Assembly: GCA_963666565.1 (NCBI GenBank)
Contig: OY762911.1
Coordinates: forward strand, 3,168,001-3,232,000
Reading direction: 5' to 3'
Length of the DNA: 64,000 nt
Source of the DNA: Thermoanaerobaculia bacterium
Lineage (GTDB): Bacteria; Acidobacteriota; Thermoanaerobaculia; Multivoradales; Multivoraceae
The notes beneath the pieces are model-generated. The model was not told the DNA's origin. It worked only from the letters and a program-made list of their open reading frames with translations, and ran no database searches. Below are positions 40,290-49,021 of this stretch, one piece after another (position 1 is the stretch's first letter; each line of letters opens with the position of its first letter). Both the position numbers and the translations under genes were made by a program.

Positions 40290-41189
40290 TCAGACCCCGC
40301 GCGCGCGACCGCGGCGGAGTTCGGCCAGGAGCTCCTCGACGGCCCGGATCAGGTCGTCCTCCTCGACGATCTCCTGCCGGAAGCTGAGCGACACGCTGAA
40401 CCGCTCGTCCGTGGACCGGAAGCGGAACACGTGCGGCTTCGGTTCGCCGCCGCCGGTTCCGGCCGCCGCCTTCGCCTCCTCGTCGCCGTCCGCCGGCGAC
40501 CGAAGCTGCCGGATCTCGGTGCGAACCTCCGCGCGCGTGAGGCCCCGCTCGGCGATCCGTTCCAGCATCCGGATCATGGCCGGCTCGTCGCCGAGCTTCA
40601 TCGTCTCCAGCAGGAGCGACTTGTTCGACGCGACGCCGAGCGCGACCGCCGCCGCGCGCGCGGCGGCGGGCATGCGGCACAGGCCGAGGGACTCCGTCAC
40701 GCTGACCCGGGACCGGCCGACCGCGACGGCGGCCTGCTCGTGCGTGTAGCCGTGCCGTTCCACCAGGGTCGACAGGCCGTCGGCTTCCTCGAACGGCGTC
40801 AGGTCGGCTCGCTGGAGGTTCTCGACCAGCGCGATCTCCAGCGCGTCCCGCGGCGAGACGTCCATCTCGATCAGCGGGATCTCCGCCATTCCGGCGCGCC
40901 GCGCGGCCTGGAAGCGGCGCTCCCCGGAGATGATCCGGTACCCGCGCCGAGGCGTCCCGTCCGCTTCCGGGCGGTCGATCGGTCGCGCCAGGATCGGTTC
41001 CAGGACGCCTCTCGCGCGAATCGAGGCGGTCAGTTCGTCGAGGCCGCCGAGTTCCCGCCGCGGCTGGTCCGGGTCCGGCTCTATCCGGTTCAGGGGGACC
41101 ATCCGGCCGACCGCGGCGCCGCCGGCGCGGCGGTTCTCTCCGGAGGCCTGCGAACCGCCCTGCCTGGTCTCGCCTTCCCGGATCGGCAT
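40290..41189 (-). CDS. parB: ParB/Spo0J family partition protein
   Basis: PDQPRR, GVLEPILAR, IISGERRFQA, ALVENLQRADLTPFEEA, HTH AVAVGRSRVSV. Confidence 0.88.
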   Translation of the reverse strand: MPIREGETRQGGSQASGENRRAGGAAVGRMVPLNRIEPDPDQPRRELGGLDELTASIRARGVLEPILARPIDRPEADGTPRRGYRIISGERRFQAARRAGMAEIPLIEMDVSPRDALEIALVENLQRADLTPFEEADGLSTLVERHGYTHEQAAVAVGRSRVSVTESLGLCRMPAAARAAAVALGVASNKSLLLETMKLGDEPAMIRMLERIAERGLTRAEVRTEIRQLRSPADGDEEAKAAAGTGGGEPKPHVFRFRSTDERFSVSLSFRQEIVEEDDLIRAVEELLAELRRGRARGV

Positions 41190-41198
41190 GGCCTCAGG

Positions 41199-41780
41199 CT
41201 ACATCTCGTACTTGCCCAGGGCCTTCGGGTCGAGGTCCTCCAGCCACTTCTTCATCTCCTTCTCGTCCGCTCCGGCCCTGGGCGTTCCGCCGGCGCCCTT
41301 GTCGGATTGCCGGACCCGGGCGAGGTTCGCGACGGACTGGCGGACGAAGAGGGGCGCTCCGGCGCGCAGCGCGAGGGCGATGGCGTCGCTCGGGCGGGCG
41401 TCCAGCAGGCGGTGTTCCCCGGTTCGCTCGACGAGTTCGACGACCGCGAGGAACGTGTTGCCCTCGATCGCCCGGACCACGACCTCGATGACCTCGGCGC
41501 CGACCAGGTCGAGCGCGTTCTTCAGCAGGTCGTGGGTCATCGGCCGGCCCGGATCCCGGCCCTCGATCGCGAGCTGGATGGCGCCGGCCTCGAAGATGCC
41601 GATCCAGATCGGGACGACGGAACTCTCCTCGGGCTCCTTCTCGTGCAGCCGCAGGATGACGATCGGCTGGTTCGAGTTCGGCTCCATCATCAGGCCGTGG
41701 ACCTCGGCCGGGATCTTCCGATCCTCGCTCTTGTCCCCGCTCGACCGCGCGCTGCCCTCTTCCGCCGCCATTCGCGTCAT
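41199..41780 (-). CDS. Bifunctional nuclease family protein (DUF151)
   Basis: PIVILR, PIWIGIFEA.AI, RPMTHDLL, DARPSDAIALALR; ATGA overlap with the miaB stop. Confidence 0.92.
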   Translation of the reverse strand: MTRMAAEEGSARSSGDKSEDRKIPAEVHGLMMEPNSNQPIVILRLHEKEPEESSVVPIWIGIFEAGAIQLAIEGRDPGRPMTHDLLKNALDLVGAEVIEVVVRAIEGNTFLAVVELVERTGEHRLLDARPSDAIALALRAGAPLFVRQSVANLARVRQSDKGAGGTPRAGADEKEMKKWLEDLDPKALGKYEM

Positions 41781-43123
41781 CCTACGCCAGCGGGTAGAAG
41801 TTCGCCCATCAGCGAGTGGTCGAAGGCCCGGAGCGCCTTCACCCGGACCAGCGAACCGGTTTCCGCGGGTTGCCCGGCAACCGGGAAGTGGACGATCCGG
41901 TGACAGTCCGTGCGCCCCGACTGGTGCCCCGGACGCCGGCTCCAGCCGGTGACGAGGAGGTCGAACTCGCCGCCCACGAGTCGCTCGTTCAGCTCGCGCT
42001 GGATCGCGGACTGCGCCGCGAACACCCGCTGCAGCCGTTCGTCGGCGACCTCTCGGGGGACCTCGTCCGCCGCCGGCAGCCGGATCGCCGCCGTGTTCGG
42101 CCGGGGGCTGTACTTGAACGCGAACACGGAGGCGAAGCGCACTTCCTCGACCAGTTCCAGGGTGCGCCGGAAGTCGTCCTCCGTTTCGCCGGGGAAGCCG
42201 ACGATCAGGTCGGTGGACAGCGCCAGCCCGGAGCGCGCCGCGCGCAGGCGGTCGACCAGCCCGAGGTACTCCTCCACCGTGTAGCCCCTCCCCATCCGGC
42301 GCAGGACCCGGTTCGATCCCGACTGCACGGGAAGGTGAAGGTAGGGCGAGACGTTCCGGTGGCCGGCCACGGCGTCGATCATCCGGTCGGTGAAGTCGCG
42401 CGGATAGGAGGTCACGAACCGCAGGCGCTTCAGGCCGGGCAGCACGGCGGCGGCGTTCAGCAGATCCGCGAAGTCCAGGTCGCGGCCCGTCCCGCGCGGC
42501 GGCGCGGGCTCGCGCCAGTGGTTCACCGTCTGGCCCAGGAGCTCGATCTCGAGGAAGCCGTAGTCCAGCAGGTGCTCGACTTCGCGGAGGATCTCCTCCA
42601 TCGGGCGGCAGCGTTCCGGTCCCCTCGTGTTCGGAACGACGCAGAAGGTGCAGCGCTTGTTGCATCCCTCGATGATCGTGACCATCCCCTTGTGGGCGGT
42701 GTCGCGGTCGATCTCCTCGAAGTCGTAGGGGCGCTCGTCGGGAAAGCCGACCGCCAGCACCCGCTCGCCGCCGCGGCTGCGGGCGAGCACGGAACCGAGT
42801 TCGCTCACGCGGCCCGTGCCGACGACGAAGTCGAGGTCGGGAATCCTCCGCAGCGCTTCCTCGCCCTCCTGCTGGGCGACGCAGCCGCAGAATCCGATCC
42901 GCAGGTTCTCGCGGCCGCGCTTGAGCAGCCGGTACTCCCCCAGCCGCGAGTACGCCTTCTGGGCCGCCTTCTCCCGCACCGAACAGGAGTTCAGGAGGAT
43001 CAGGTCGGCCTCCTCCAGCGCGCGGGTCGGCAGCAGGCCCTGCTGCATCAACTGGCCGGCCATGCGCTGGCTGTCCAGTTCGTTCATCTGGCAGCCCCAG
43101 GTTTCGATGTAGAAGCGCTCCAC
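41777..43123 (-). CDS. miaB: tRNA-2-methylthio-N6-dimethylallyladenosine synthase
   Basis: TWGCQMN..DS, NSCSVRE, GCVAQ, radical SAM CNKRCTFC, HLPVQSGS, C-terminal TRAM domain. Confidence 0.96.
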   Translation of the reverse strand: MERFYIETWGCQMNELDSQRMAGQLMQQGLLPTRALEEADLILLNSCSVREKAAQKAYSRLGEYRLLKRGRENLRIGFCGCVAQQEGEEALRRIPDLDFVVGTGRVSELGSVLARSRGGERVLAVGFPDERPYDFEEIDRDTAHKGMVTIIEGCNKRCTFCVVPNTRGPERCRPMEEILREVEHLLDYGFLEIELLGQTVNHWREPAPPRGTGRDLDFADLLNAAAVLPGLKRLRFVTSYPRDFTDRMIDAVAGHRNVSPYLHLPVQSGSNRVLRRMGRGYTVEEYLGLVDRLRAARSGLALSTDLIVGFPGETEDDFRRTLELVEEVRFASVFAFKYSPRPNTAAIRLPAADEVPREVADERLQRVFAAQSAIQRELNERLVGGEFDLLVTGWSRRPGHQSGRTDCHRIVHFPVAGQPAETGSLVRVKALRAFDHSLMGELLPAGVG

Positions 43124-43198
43124 GGCGCGGAGACTACTACCCTGGCGGCCGGGAACCGCCGCGTTCGCGGCCGGGTACGGGCGCGCTGCCGGCGCCGG

Positions 43199-44968
43199 CT
43201 ACGCGGGAAACGCCCCGGCCTCGGCGAGCAGTTCCCGGACTTCCCCGGCGGTCGACGCGGCGACGCAGCGCCGGGCGAGCTCCTCCGCGTCGCCGACGTC
43301 CACGGTGCGCACGACCTCCTTGGTCAGCGGGACGTTCCGGGGACTCACCGAGAGCTGGCGCAGGCCCAGGCCGAGCAGCAGCGGCACGCACTCCGGGCTG
43401 GCCGCCATTTCGCCGCAGAGCGCCACCGGCGTCCGGCGCCTCCGGCCGGCCTCCACGACGAGCCGGATCATGCCGAGGACGGCCGGGTGCAGCGGCTGGT
43501 AGAGGCCGGCCACCTGTTCGTTCGTCCGGTCGACGGCCAGCGCGTACTGGATCAGGTCGTTCGTGCCGATCGACAGGAAGTCGACCTCGGCGGCAAGCTG
43601 GCGGGCGATGAGAACGGTCGCCGGCACCTCGACCATGGCGCCGATCTCCACGTCCCGCCGGTGCTCGACCCCCTCGGCCTCGAGTTCCGCGCACACCTCC
43701 GCGCAGAGGGCGCGCAGGGCCCTGATCTCCTCCAGCGCCGTCACCATCGGGACCATGATCCGCAGGTTTCCGAAGACCGCCGCGCGGAACAGGGCCCGCA
43801 ACTGGCTGCGGAAGATGTCCGTGCGGGCCAGCGTCAGCCGGATGCCGCGCAGCCCGAGCACCGGGTTCTCCTCTTCCTGCTGGCCCAATCCGCGCGCCAC
43901 CTTGCCGCCGCCCAGGTCGAGCGTGCGGACGACGACGGGCAGCGGCGCCAGGCCCTCCAGGAGTCCGCGGATGAGCGCCAGGTGCTCCTCCTCGCCGGGC
44001 AGTTCCGGGCTCCTCTCCAGGTACAGGAACTCGCTCCGGTAGAGACCGATGCCGGCGGCCCCGAAGCGCCGCACGTCCTCGCACTCCTCCGGCAGCTCGA
44101 CGTTCGCGAGCAGTTCGACCTCGACTCCGTCGCGGCTCCGGGCGGGCAGCTTCCGCGCCGCCGTCGTGAGCGATTCCTCCTTCCGCCGGCGCCGGCGCCG
44201 GAGCGACCGGTAGCGTTCCAGCGTTCCGGACGTCGGGTGCAGCGTCAGGCGCCCCTCTTCCCCGTCGACGATCACCGGGTCGTCGTCGGCGACGCGGTGC
44301 GTGATGTTGACGATTCCCGTGACCAGCGGCACGTCGAGGGCGCGGGCGACGATCGCCGTATGGGAGTTGGCGCCTCCCACCTCGATCGCGAAGCCGACCG
44401 CGCCGCGGCGGCCCAGGCGCAGCACCTCGTCCGGCGTCAGCTCGTGGCTGACGACGACGACGCTGCGGTCGAAGTCCTTGCCGAAGCCGGGCGTGCTCGT
44501 CCTGCCCGCCAGGGCGCGGAGCAGGTAGCGGGTGACGTCGCGCAGGTCCTCGCCGCGTTCCCGGAGGTGCTGGCTCTTGACCTGCGCGAACTTCTCGCCG
44601 AGATCGTCCGCGACCGCCTGTACCGCCCATTCGGCGTTCACCCGGTCTTCCCGGATCGTCCGGTCGATCCGGCGCGCGAACGAGGAGTCGCGGAGGATCA
44701 CCGAGTGGGCGTGGAAGATGGACGCCAGATCGCTGCCGTAGGTCTCGGCGATCCGGCTCTCGGTCGCTTCCAGTTCGGATTCGACCGTGCGCACGGCGGC
44801 GCCGAAGCGCTCGACCTCGCGGTCCAGGCCGCGCTCGCGGATCGGCACGCGAAGCACCTGAACGCCGTGGCCGCGCAGCGACACCGCCGGCCCGATCGCG
44901 ACGCCCGGCGCGGCGGCCGCGCCCTGGAGCGTCTCCTCCACGGTCGGAGGCCGTGCCGGCCGGCTCAC
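43199..44968 (-). CDS. ptsI: Phosphoenolpyruvate-protein phosphotransferase (PTS enzyme I, no GAF domain)
   Basis: GGANSHTAIVAR (phospho-His), GIGLYRSEF, RTLDLGG, EENPVLGLRGIR, MVEVP, FLSIGTNDLIQY, CGEMA. Confidence 0.95.
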   Translation of the reverse strand: MSRPARPPTVEETLQGAAAAPGVAIGPAVSLRGHGVQVLRVPIRERGLDREVERFGAAVRTVESELEATESRIAETYGSDLASIFHAHSVILRDSSFARRIDRTIREDRVNAEWAVQAVADDLGEKFAQVKSQHLRERGEDLRDVTRYLLRALAGRTSTPGFGKDFDRSVVVVSHELTPDEVLRLGRRGAVGFAIEVGGANSHTAIVARALDVPLVTGIVNITHRVADDDPVIVDGEEGRLTLHPTSGTLERYRSLRRRRRRKEESLTTAARKLPARSRDGVEVELLANVELPEECEDVRRFGAAGIGLYRSEFLYLERSPELPGEEEHLALIRGLLEGLAPLPVVVRTLDLGGGKVARGLGQQEEENPVLGLRGIRLTLARTDIFRSQLRALFRAAVFGNLRIMVPMVTALEEIRALRALCAEVCAELEAEGVEHRRDVEIGAMVEVPATVLIARQLAAEVDFLSIGTNDLIQYALAVDRTNEQVAGLYQPLHPAVLGMIRLVVEAGRRRRTPVALCGEMAASPECVPLLLGLGLRQLSVSPRNVPLTKEVVRTVDVGDAEELARRCVAASTAGEVRELLAEAGAFPA

Positions 44969-45234
44969 GCGTCCTCCCCGAAGCGGTCCTCGACCAGATC
45001 GCAGATGGCGGTCACCGCCGCCTGCTCGTCCTCGCCCCGGCCGCGCACGGTCAGCATGGCGCCGCGCCCCGCGCCCAGCAGGAGGACGCCGAGGATGCTC
45101 CGCGCCTCCGCCTCGCGGCCGTTGGCCCGCAGCAGGACGCTCGACTCGAACCGGTTCGCGGTATGCACCAGCCTCGCCGCGGCGCGCCCGTGGAGCCCCA
45201 GTTCGTTGACGACCTCGACCACCCGCTCCGTCAT
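44965..45234 (-). CDS. ptsH: HPr family phosphocarrier protein
   Basis: MTERVVEVVNELGLHGRAAA (His15), ARSILGVLLL (Ser46), G.DE..A; 89 aa. Confidence 0.93.
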   Translation of the reverse strand: MTERVVEVVNELGLHGRAAARLVHTANRFESSVLLRANGREAEARSILGVLLLGAGRGAMLTVRGRGEDEQAAVTAICDLVEDRFGEDA

Positions 45235-45292
45235 CCGGCGGTCCGCCTGCGGCCGGCCCGCCGGTCGACGCGGAAGACGTGAACCGGCGCCG

Positions 45293-46189
45293 TCACGAGC
45301 CCGTTCCGGCGCCCGCGCGGCGGCGCTCGACATCGCGGTGCAGGAGGCGGATCTGCCACGCCCCCTCAGCCAGGCGGTCCGCCACCGCCTCGGAAACGGC
45401 GACCGAGCGGTGCCGCCCGCCGGTGCAGCCGATCCCGACCGTCAGGTAGCTCCGTTTCTCGTCGCGGAACCGGGGCAGGAGGTAGGACAGGAGTCCTTCC
45501 AGACGATCGACGAGCTCGCCGAACGCCTCGTGTCCGTGCAGGAAGCGCTGGACCTCCGTATCGGTTCCCGGTTTGTCGCGCAGTTCGGGGACGAAGTAGG
45601 GATTCGGCAGGAAGCGGACGTCGAACATCAGGTCGACGCCCGAGGGCACGCCGAACTTGAAGCCGAAGCTGACGACGTTGACCGTCAGTCCGCCGGCGTC
45701 GCTGGACGCGAACTCGTTGTAGATGGCCGCGCGGAGTTCGTGAATCGTCGAGTCCGTCGTGTCGAGGATGCGGGCGGCGCGGCCCCTCAGCTCCGCGAGC
45801 TGCCGCCGCTCCCGGCGAATGCCGTCGATCACCCGCTCCCCCGCCCCGGTCAGCGGATGGCGCCGGCGCGTCTCCGAGTAGCGGCGGACGAGGACGTCGT
45901 CGGAACTGTCGAGGAACAGCAGCACGGGTTCCACCACCGCCGGATCCGCCTCGTCCAGAAGCCGGGGCAGCTCCTTCGCCAGGCCGGGAGTGCGGGCGTC
46001 GGTGACGAGGACGATCGCCTCGAGGGAGGGGGCCGCCGCCGCCGGTTCCTGGACGAGGTGGCGCAGCAGAGGCAGCGGCAGGTTGTCGATGCAGTGGTAG
46101 CCCAGATCCTCGAAGCAGCGGGCCACCGTGCTCTTGCCCGAGCCGGAGAGACCGGTGACGACGAACAGGCGAACGGGCAAGTCAGACAC
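45293..46189 (-). CDS. rapZ: RNase adapter RapZ (P-loop)
   Basis: VTGLSGSGKS, IDNLP, RYSETRRRHPL, SFGFKFG, DVRFLPNP, GCTGGRHRSV. Confidence 0.96.
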   Translation of the reverse strand: MSDLPVRLFVVTGLSGSGKSTVARCFEDLGYHCIDNLPLPLLRHLVQEPAAAAPSLEAIVLVTDARTPGLAKELPRLLDEADPAVVEPVLLFLDSSDDVLVRRYSETRRRHPLTGAGERVIDGIRRERRQLAELRGRAARILDTTDSTIHELRAAIYNEFASSDAGGLTVNVVSFGFKFGVPSGVDLMFDVRFLPNPYFVPELRDKPGTDTEVQRFLHGHEAFGELVDRLEGLLSYLLPRFRDEKRSYLTVGIGCTGGRHRSVAVSEAVADRLAEGAWQIRLLHRDVERRRAGAGTGS

Positions 46190-46640
46190 GCTCGTCGGCG
46201 CAGAGGAGCTCGTAGATCTCCTGCGGTTTCCTGGCCTTCAGCAGGCGCTTCCGGCCGCCGTGGTCGATCCACCACTCCGACACCGCGGCGAGCGCCTTGA
46301 GATGGCGGCCGGCGCTTTCCTGGGGCGAGAGCAGGACGAAGAAGACGCGGACCGGCCGTCCGTCCTCGGCGCCGTAGTCGACGCCCCGCCGGGAAACAGC
46401 CACCGCCAGAACGATGTCCCGCAGGCCGCGGATCCGCCCGTGGGGCACGGCCAGGCCGTCGCCGAGCGCGGTGGACCCCAGTTCCTCCCGTTCGCGCAGG
46501 GCGGACAGCACGACGTCCGGGTCGGTCAGTCCCAGCACGCGGCAGATGCGCTCGGTCAGGCCGCGCAGGGCGCCGTCCCGGCTCCTGGCCTCGAAGTCGG
46601 AGAAGATGAGTTGCGGCTTCGCCAGACTTGCCAGTTCCAT
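46182..46640 (-). CDS. ptsN: PTS IIA (Ntr-like) component
   Basis: REELGSTALGDGLAVPHGR, DG.PV..FF.LL, HLKALA; directly after rpoN. Confidence 0.88.
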   Translation of the reverse strand: MELASLAKPQLIFSDFEARSRDGALRGLTERICRVLGLTDPDVVLSALREREELGSTALGDGLAVPHGRIRGLRDIVLAVAVSRRGVDYGAEDGRPVRVFFVLLSPQESAGRHLKALAAVSEWWIDHGGRKRLLKARKPQEIYELLCADERV

Positions 46641-46671
46641 TGTCGCTCCGCGGTCCCTTCCCTGCCCGGTC

Positions 46672-48138
46672 TCAGAAGATCTGCTTTCGGTCGTTCGATG
46701 ACGGGATGCCCAGTTCGTCGCGGTACTTGGCGACCGTCCGCCGGGCGATGTTGATCCCCTCGTGCTGGAGGCGGCGCGTCAGCGCCGAATCGGAGAGCGG
46801 CTTGCGGCCGTTCTCGTCGCCGATCAGGTGCTTGAGCTTACGCTTCACCGTCAGCGAGGAGATCTCGCCTCCCCGGTCCCGTTCGATGCCACTGTGGAAG
46901 AAGAACTTCATCGGGTACAGGCCGCGCGGCGTGTGAATGTACTTGTTCGACACGACGCGGCTGACGGTCGACTCGTGCATGCCGATGTCGTCCGCCACGT
47001 CGCGCAGGACCATCGGGCGCATCTCGTCGAGCCCTCGGTCGAAGAAGCCGCGCTGCTGACGGAGAATGGACTCCGCCACCTTGTAGATGGTCCTCTGGCG
47101 CTGGTCCAGGCTCTTGATCAGCCACATGGCGGAGCGCATCTTGTCCTTCAGGAACTCGCGGGCCTCGGCCTCGCCTTCCTCACGCTGAATGCGCCGGAGC
47201 ATCGTCCGGTAGGCCCGGCTGATGCGCAGCCTCGGCAGGCCGTCGTCGTTCAACTGGATCGCCCACTCTCCTCCCGTCTTCACCGCCACGACGTCGGGCT
47301 CGACGTACTCCGTGCGTTCCCGCGAGAACAGGCGGCCGGGGCGGGTCTCCAGGGCCTTGATCTCCTCGACCGGCGCTTGGAGCGCCGGCAGGGGCGTGCG
47401 GAGGCGCCGGGCGATCAGCCGGAACTGCCGCCGGGCGAGCAGGTCCCAGCACTCGTCGACGATCCGGTAGGCCACGGTCCCGGCCCGGCCCTTGGCCTCG
47501 AGCTGCGCCAGCAGGCACTCGGGCAGCGTATGCCAGGCGATCCCCGGCGGGTCGAAGCTCCGCACCAGGTCCAGCGCCCGGTTCACCGCTTCGGCGGGCC
47601 GGGCGCCGAGGAGCTGGAGTTCCTCGACCGACGCGCGGAGGAAGCCGTCCGGGTCCAGGTTGCCGACGACCAGCTCCGCGACGTCCCGCAACGGCGGCTT
47701 CGCGTCGGACATGCGCAACTGCCACAGCAGGTGGTCGTGCAGATCCGGTTCCTGGCTGGCGTTGTTCTCGAGGGGCGCCGCCTCCCGGGCCTCGAACGTG
47801 TTCGCGGCCGTCGACTCCGATCCCAGGTAGTCGTTGAAGTAGGCGTCGAGGTCGATGTCGAGCATCGACGGCTCGGGCTCCGGTTCCTCGACCTCGGCCG
47901 CGGCGTCGCCGTCGGCCTCTTCCGCCGGGGCGGCCGCCTCGGCCTCCGGCGGCGTCTCTTCGTCGGATTCCGCCTCGTCCCCGGCATCCTCGAGCATCGG
48001 GTTCTCCACCATCTCCTGGTTGAGGACGCTCCGAAGCTCCAGGCGCGTCATCTGCAGCAACTTGATCGCCTGCTGGAGGGACGGCGTCATCACCAGCCGC
48101 TGGGCCAGCTTGAGCGAGAGTCTCTGTTGGAGCACCAT
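46672..48138 (-). CDS. rpoN: RNA polymerase sigma-54 factor
   Basis: Region I LVMTPSLQQAIKLLQM, ENPML, MHESTVSR, RpoN box ARRTVAKYR. Confidence 0.98.
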   Translation of the reverse strand: MVLQQRLSLKLAQRLVMTPSLQQAIKLLQMTRLELRSVLNQEMVENPMLEDAGDEAESDEETPPEAEAAAPAEEADGDAAAEVEEPEPEPSMLDIDLDAYFNDYLGSESTAANTFEAREAAPLENNASQEPDLHDHLLWQLRMSDAKPPLRDVAELVVGNLDPDGFLRASVEELQLLGARPAEAVNRALDLVRSFDPPGIAWHTLPECLLAQLEAKGRAGTVAYRIVDECWDLLARRQFRLIARRLRTPLPALQAPVEEIKALETRPGRLFSRERTEYVEPDVVAVKTGGEWAIQLNDDGLPRLRISRAYRTMLRRIQREEGEAEAREFLKDKMRSAMWLIKSLDQRQRTIYKVAESILRQQRGFFDRGLDEMRPMVLRDVADDIGMHESTVSRVVSNKYIHTPRGLYPMKFFFHSGIERDRGGEISSLTVKRKLKHLIGDENGRKPLSDSALTRRLQHEGINIARRTVAKYRDELGIPSSNDRKQIF

Positions 48139-48146
48139 GATCGCCT

Positions 48147-48197
48147 AGCAAGAGTAATGCCAGAGCAAGACGAATGCCAGCGCGACGGCATCGCCAG
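48147..48197 (-). promoter_or_regulatory. Tandem sigma54 -24/-12 elements upstream of rpoN
   Basis: Minus strand CTGGCGATGCCGTCGCG / CTGGCATTCGTCTTGCT / CTGGCATTACTCTTGCT, each GG-N10-GC, head-to-tail at a 17-bp period. Confidence 0.8.
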
Positions 48198-48203
48198 CGG
48201 GCC

Positions 48204-48221
48204 GGTCGGAAGACCCGCGCA
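48204..48221. repeat. Partial REP-like unit
   Basis: GGTCGGAAGACCCGCGCA matches the right arm of the 11665-11793 element. Confidence 0.6.
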
Positions 48222-48277
48222 ACCGGCGGGCGGCCGGTTCCCCGCGGGTCGGCGCCGCAATCCCGCGGGGCGGCCGC

Positions 48278-49021
48278 CTAGAGAGTGAACTCGGCGCCGA
48301 GGTAGATCTTGCGGACCGTCTCGTCGGCCGACAGTTCGGCGGGAGTGCCGGTACGCAGGATGCGTCCGTCGTTGATGATGTAGGCGCGGTCGGTGATCCT
48401 GAGCGTCTCGCGGACGTTGTGGTCGGTGATCAGGACGCCGATGCCCATGTCGCGAAGCTGGCGGACGATGGCCTGGATGTCGAGCACGGCGATCGGATCG
48501 ATGCCGGCGAACGGCTCGTCGAGGAGGATGAAGCTGGGGCCGATCGCCAGCGCCCGGGCGATCTCCAGCCGCCGCCGCTCGCCTCCCGAGAGCTGGTTCC
48601 CCTTCGAACGCCGCACGCCGACCAGGTCGAAGTCGGCGATCAACTGGTTCATCCGCCGGCGCTGCTCGGCGCGGCGGAGGCCCAGGGTCTCGAACACGGC
48701 GCGGAGGTTGCCCTCGACGGAGAGCCGCCGGAACACGGAGGGCTCCTGCGGCAGGTAACTGATCCCCTGCTGCGCGCGCAGGTACATCGGCAGGTCGGTG
48801 ATCTCGACGTCGTCGAAGAAGACCCGTCCCCGGTCCGGCCGGGTGAGCCCGACGACGATGTAGAACGTCGTCGTCTTGCCCGCGCCGTTCGGTCCGAGCA
48901 GGCCCACGACCTCCCCCTGGGCGACCTCGATCGAGACGTCCTGGACCACGGGCCGGCCCCGGTACACCTTCCGCACCTCCTCGGTGCGGATGCGGTGGCG
49001 GGATGCGGGACGTTCCGTCAC
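48278..49021 (-). CDS. lptB: LPS export ABC transporter ATP-binding protein
   Basis: [59 protein letters not shown]. Confidence 0.97.
   Translation of the reverse strand: MTERPASRHRIRTEEVRKVYRGRPVVQDVSIEVAQGEVVGLLGPNGAGKTTTFYIVVGLTRPDRGRVFFDDVEITDLPMYLRAQQGISYLPQEPSVFRRLSVEGNLRAVFETLGLRRAEQRRRMNQLIADFDLVGVRRSKGNQLSGGERRRLEIARALAIGPSFILLDEPFAGIDPIAVLDIQAIVRQLRDMGIGVLITDHNVRETLRITDRAYIINDGRILRTGTPAELSADETVRKIYLGAEFTL

Noticed and set aside
41816-46300. 1494-aa plus-strand ORF and similar long ORFs (36463-40230, 49495-53127, 23283-26063)
   Set aside because: Antisense or alternate-frame shadows of clearly identified housekeeping genes.
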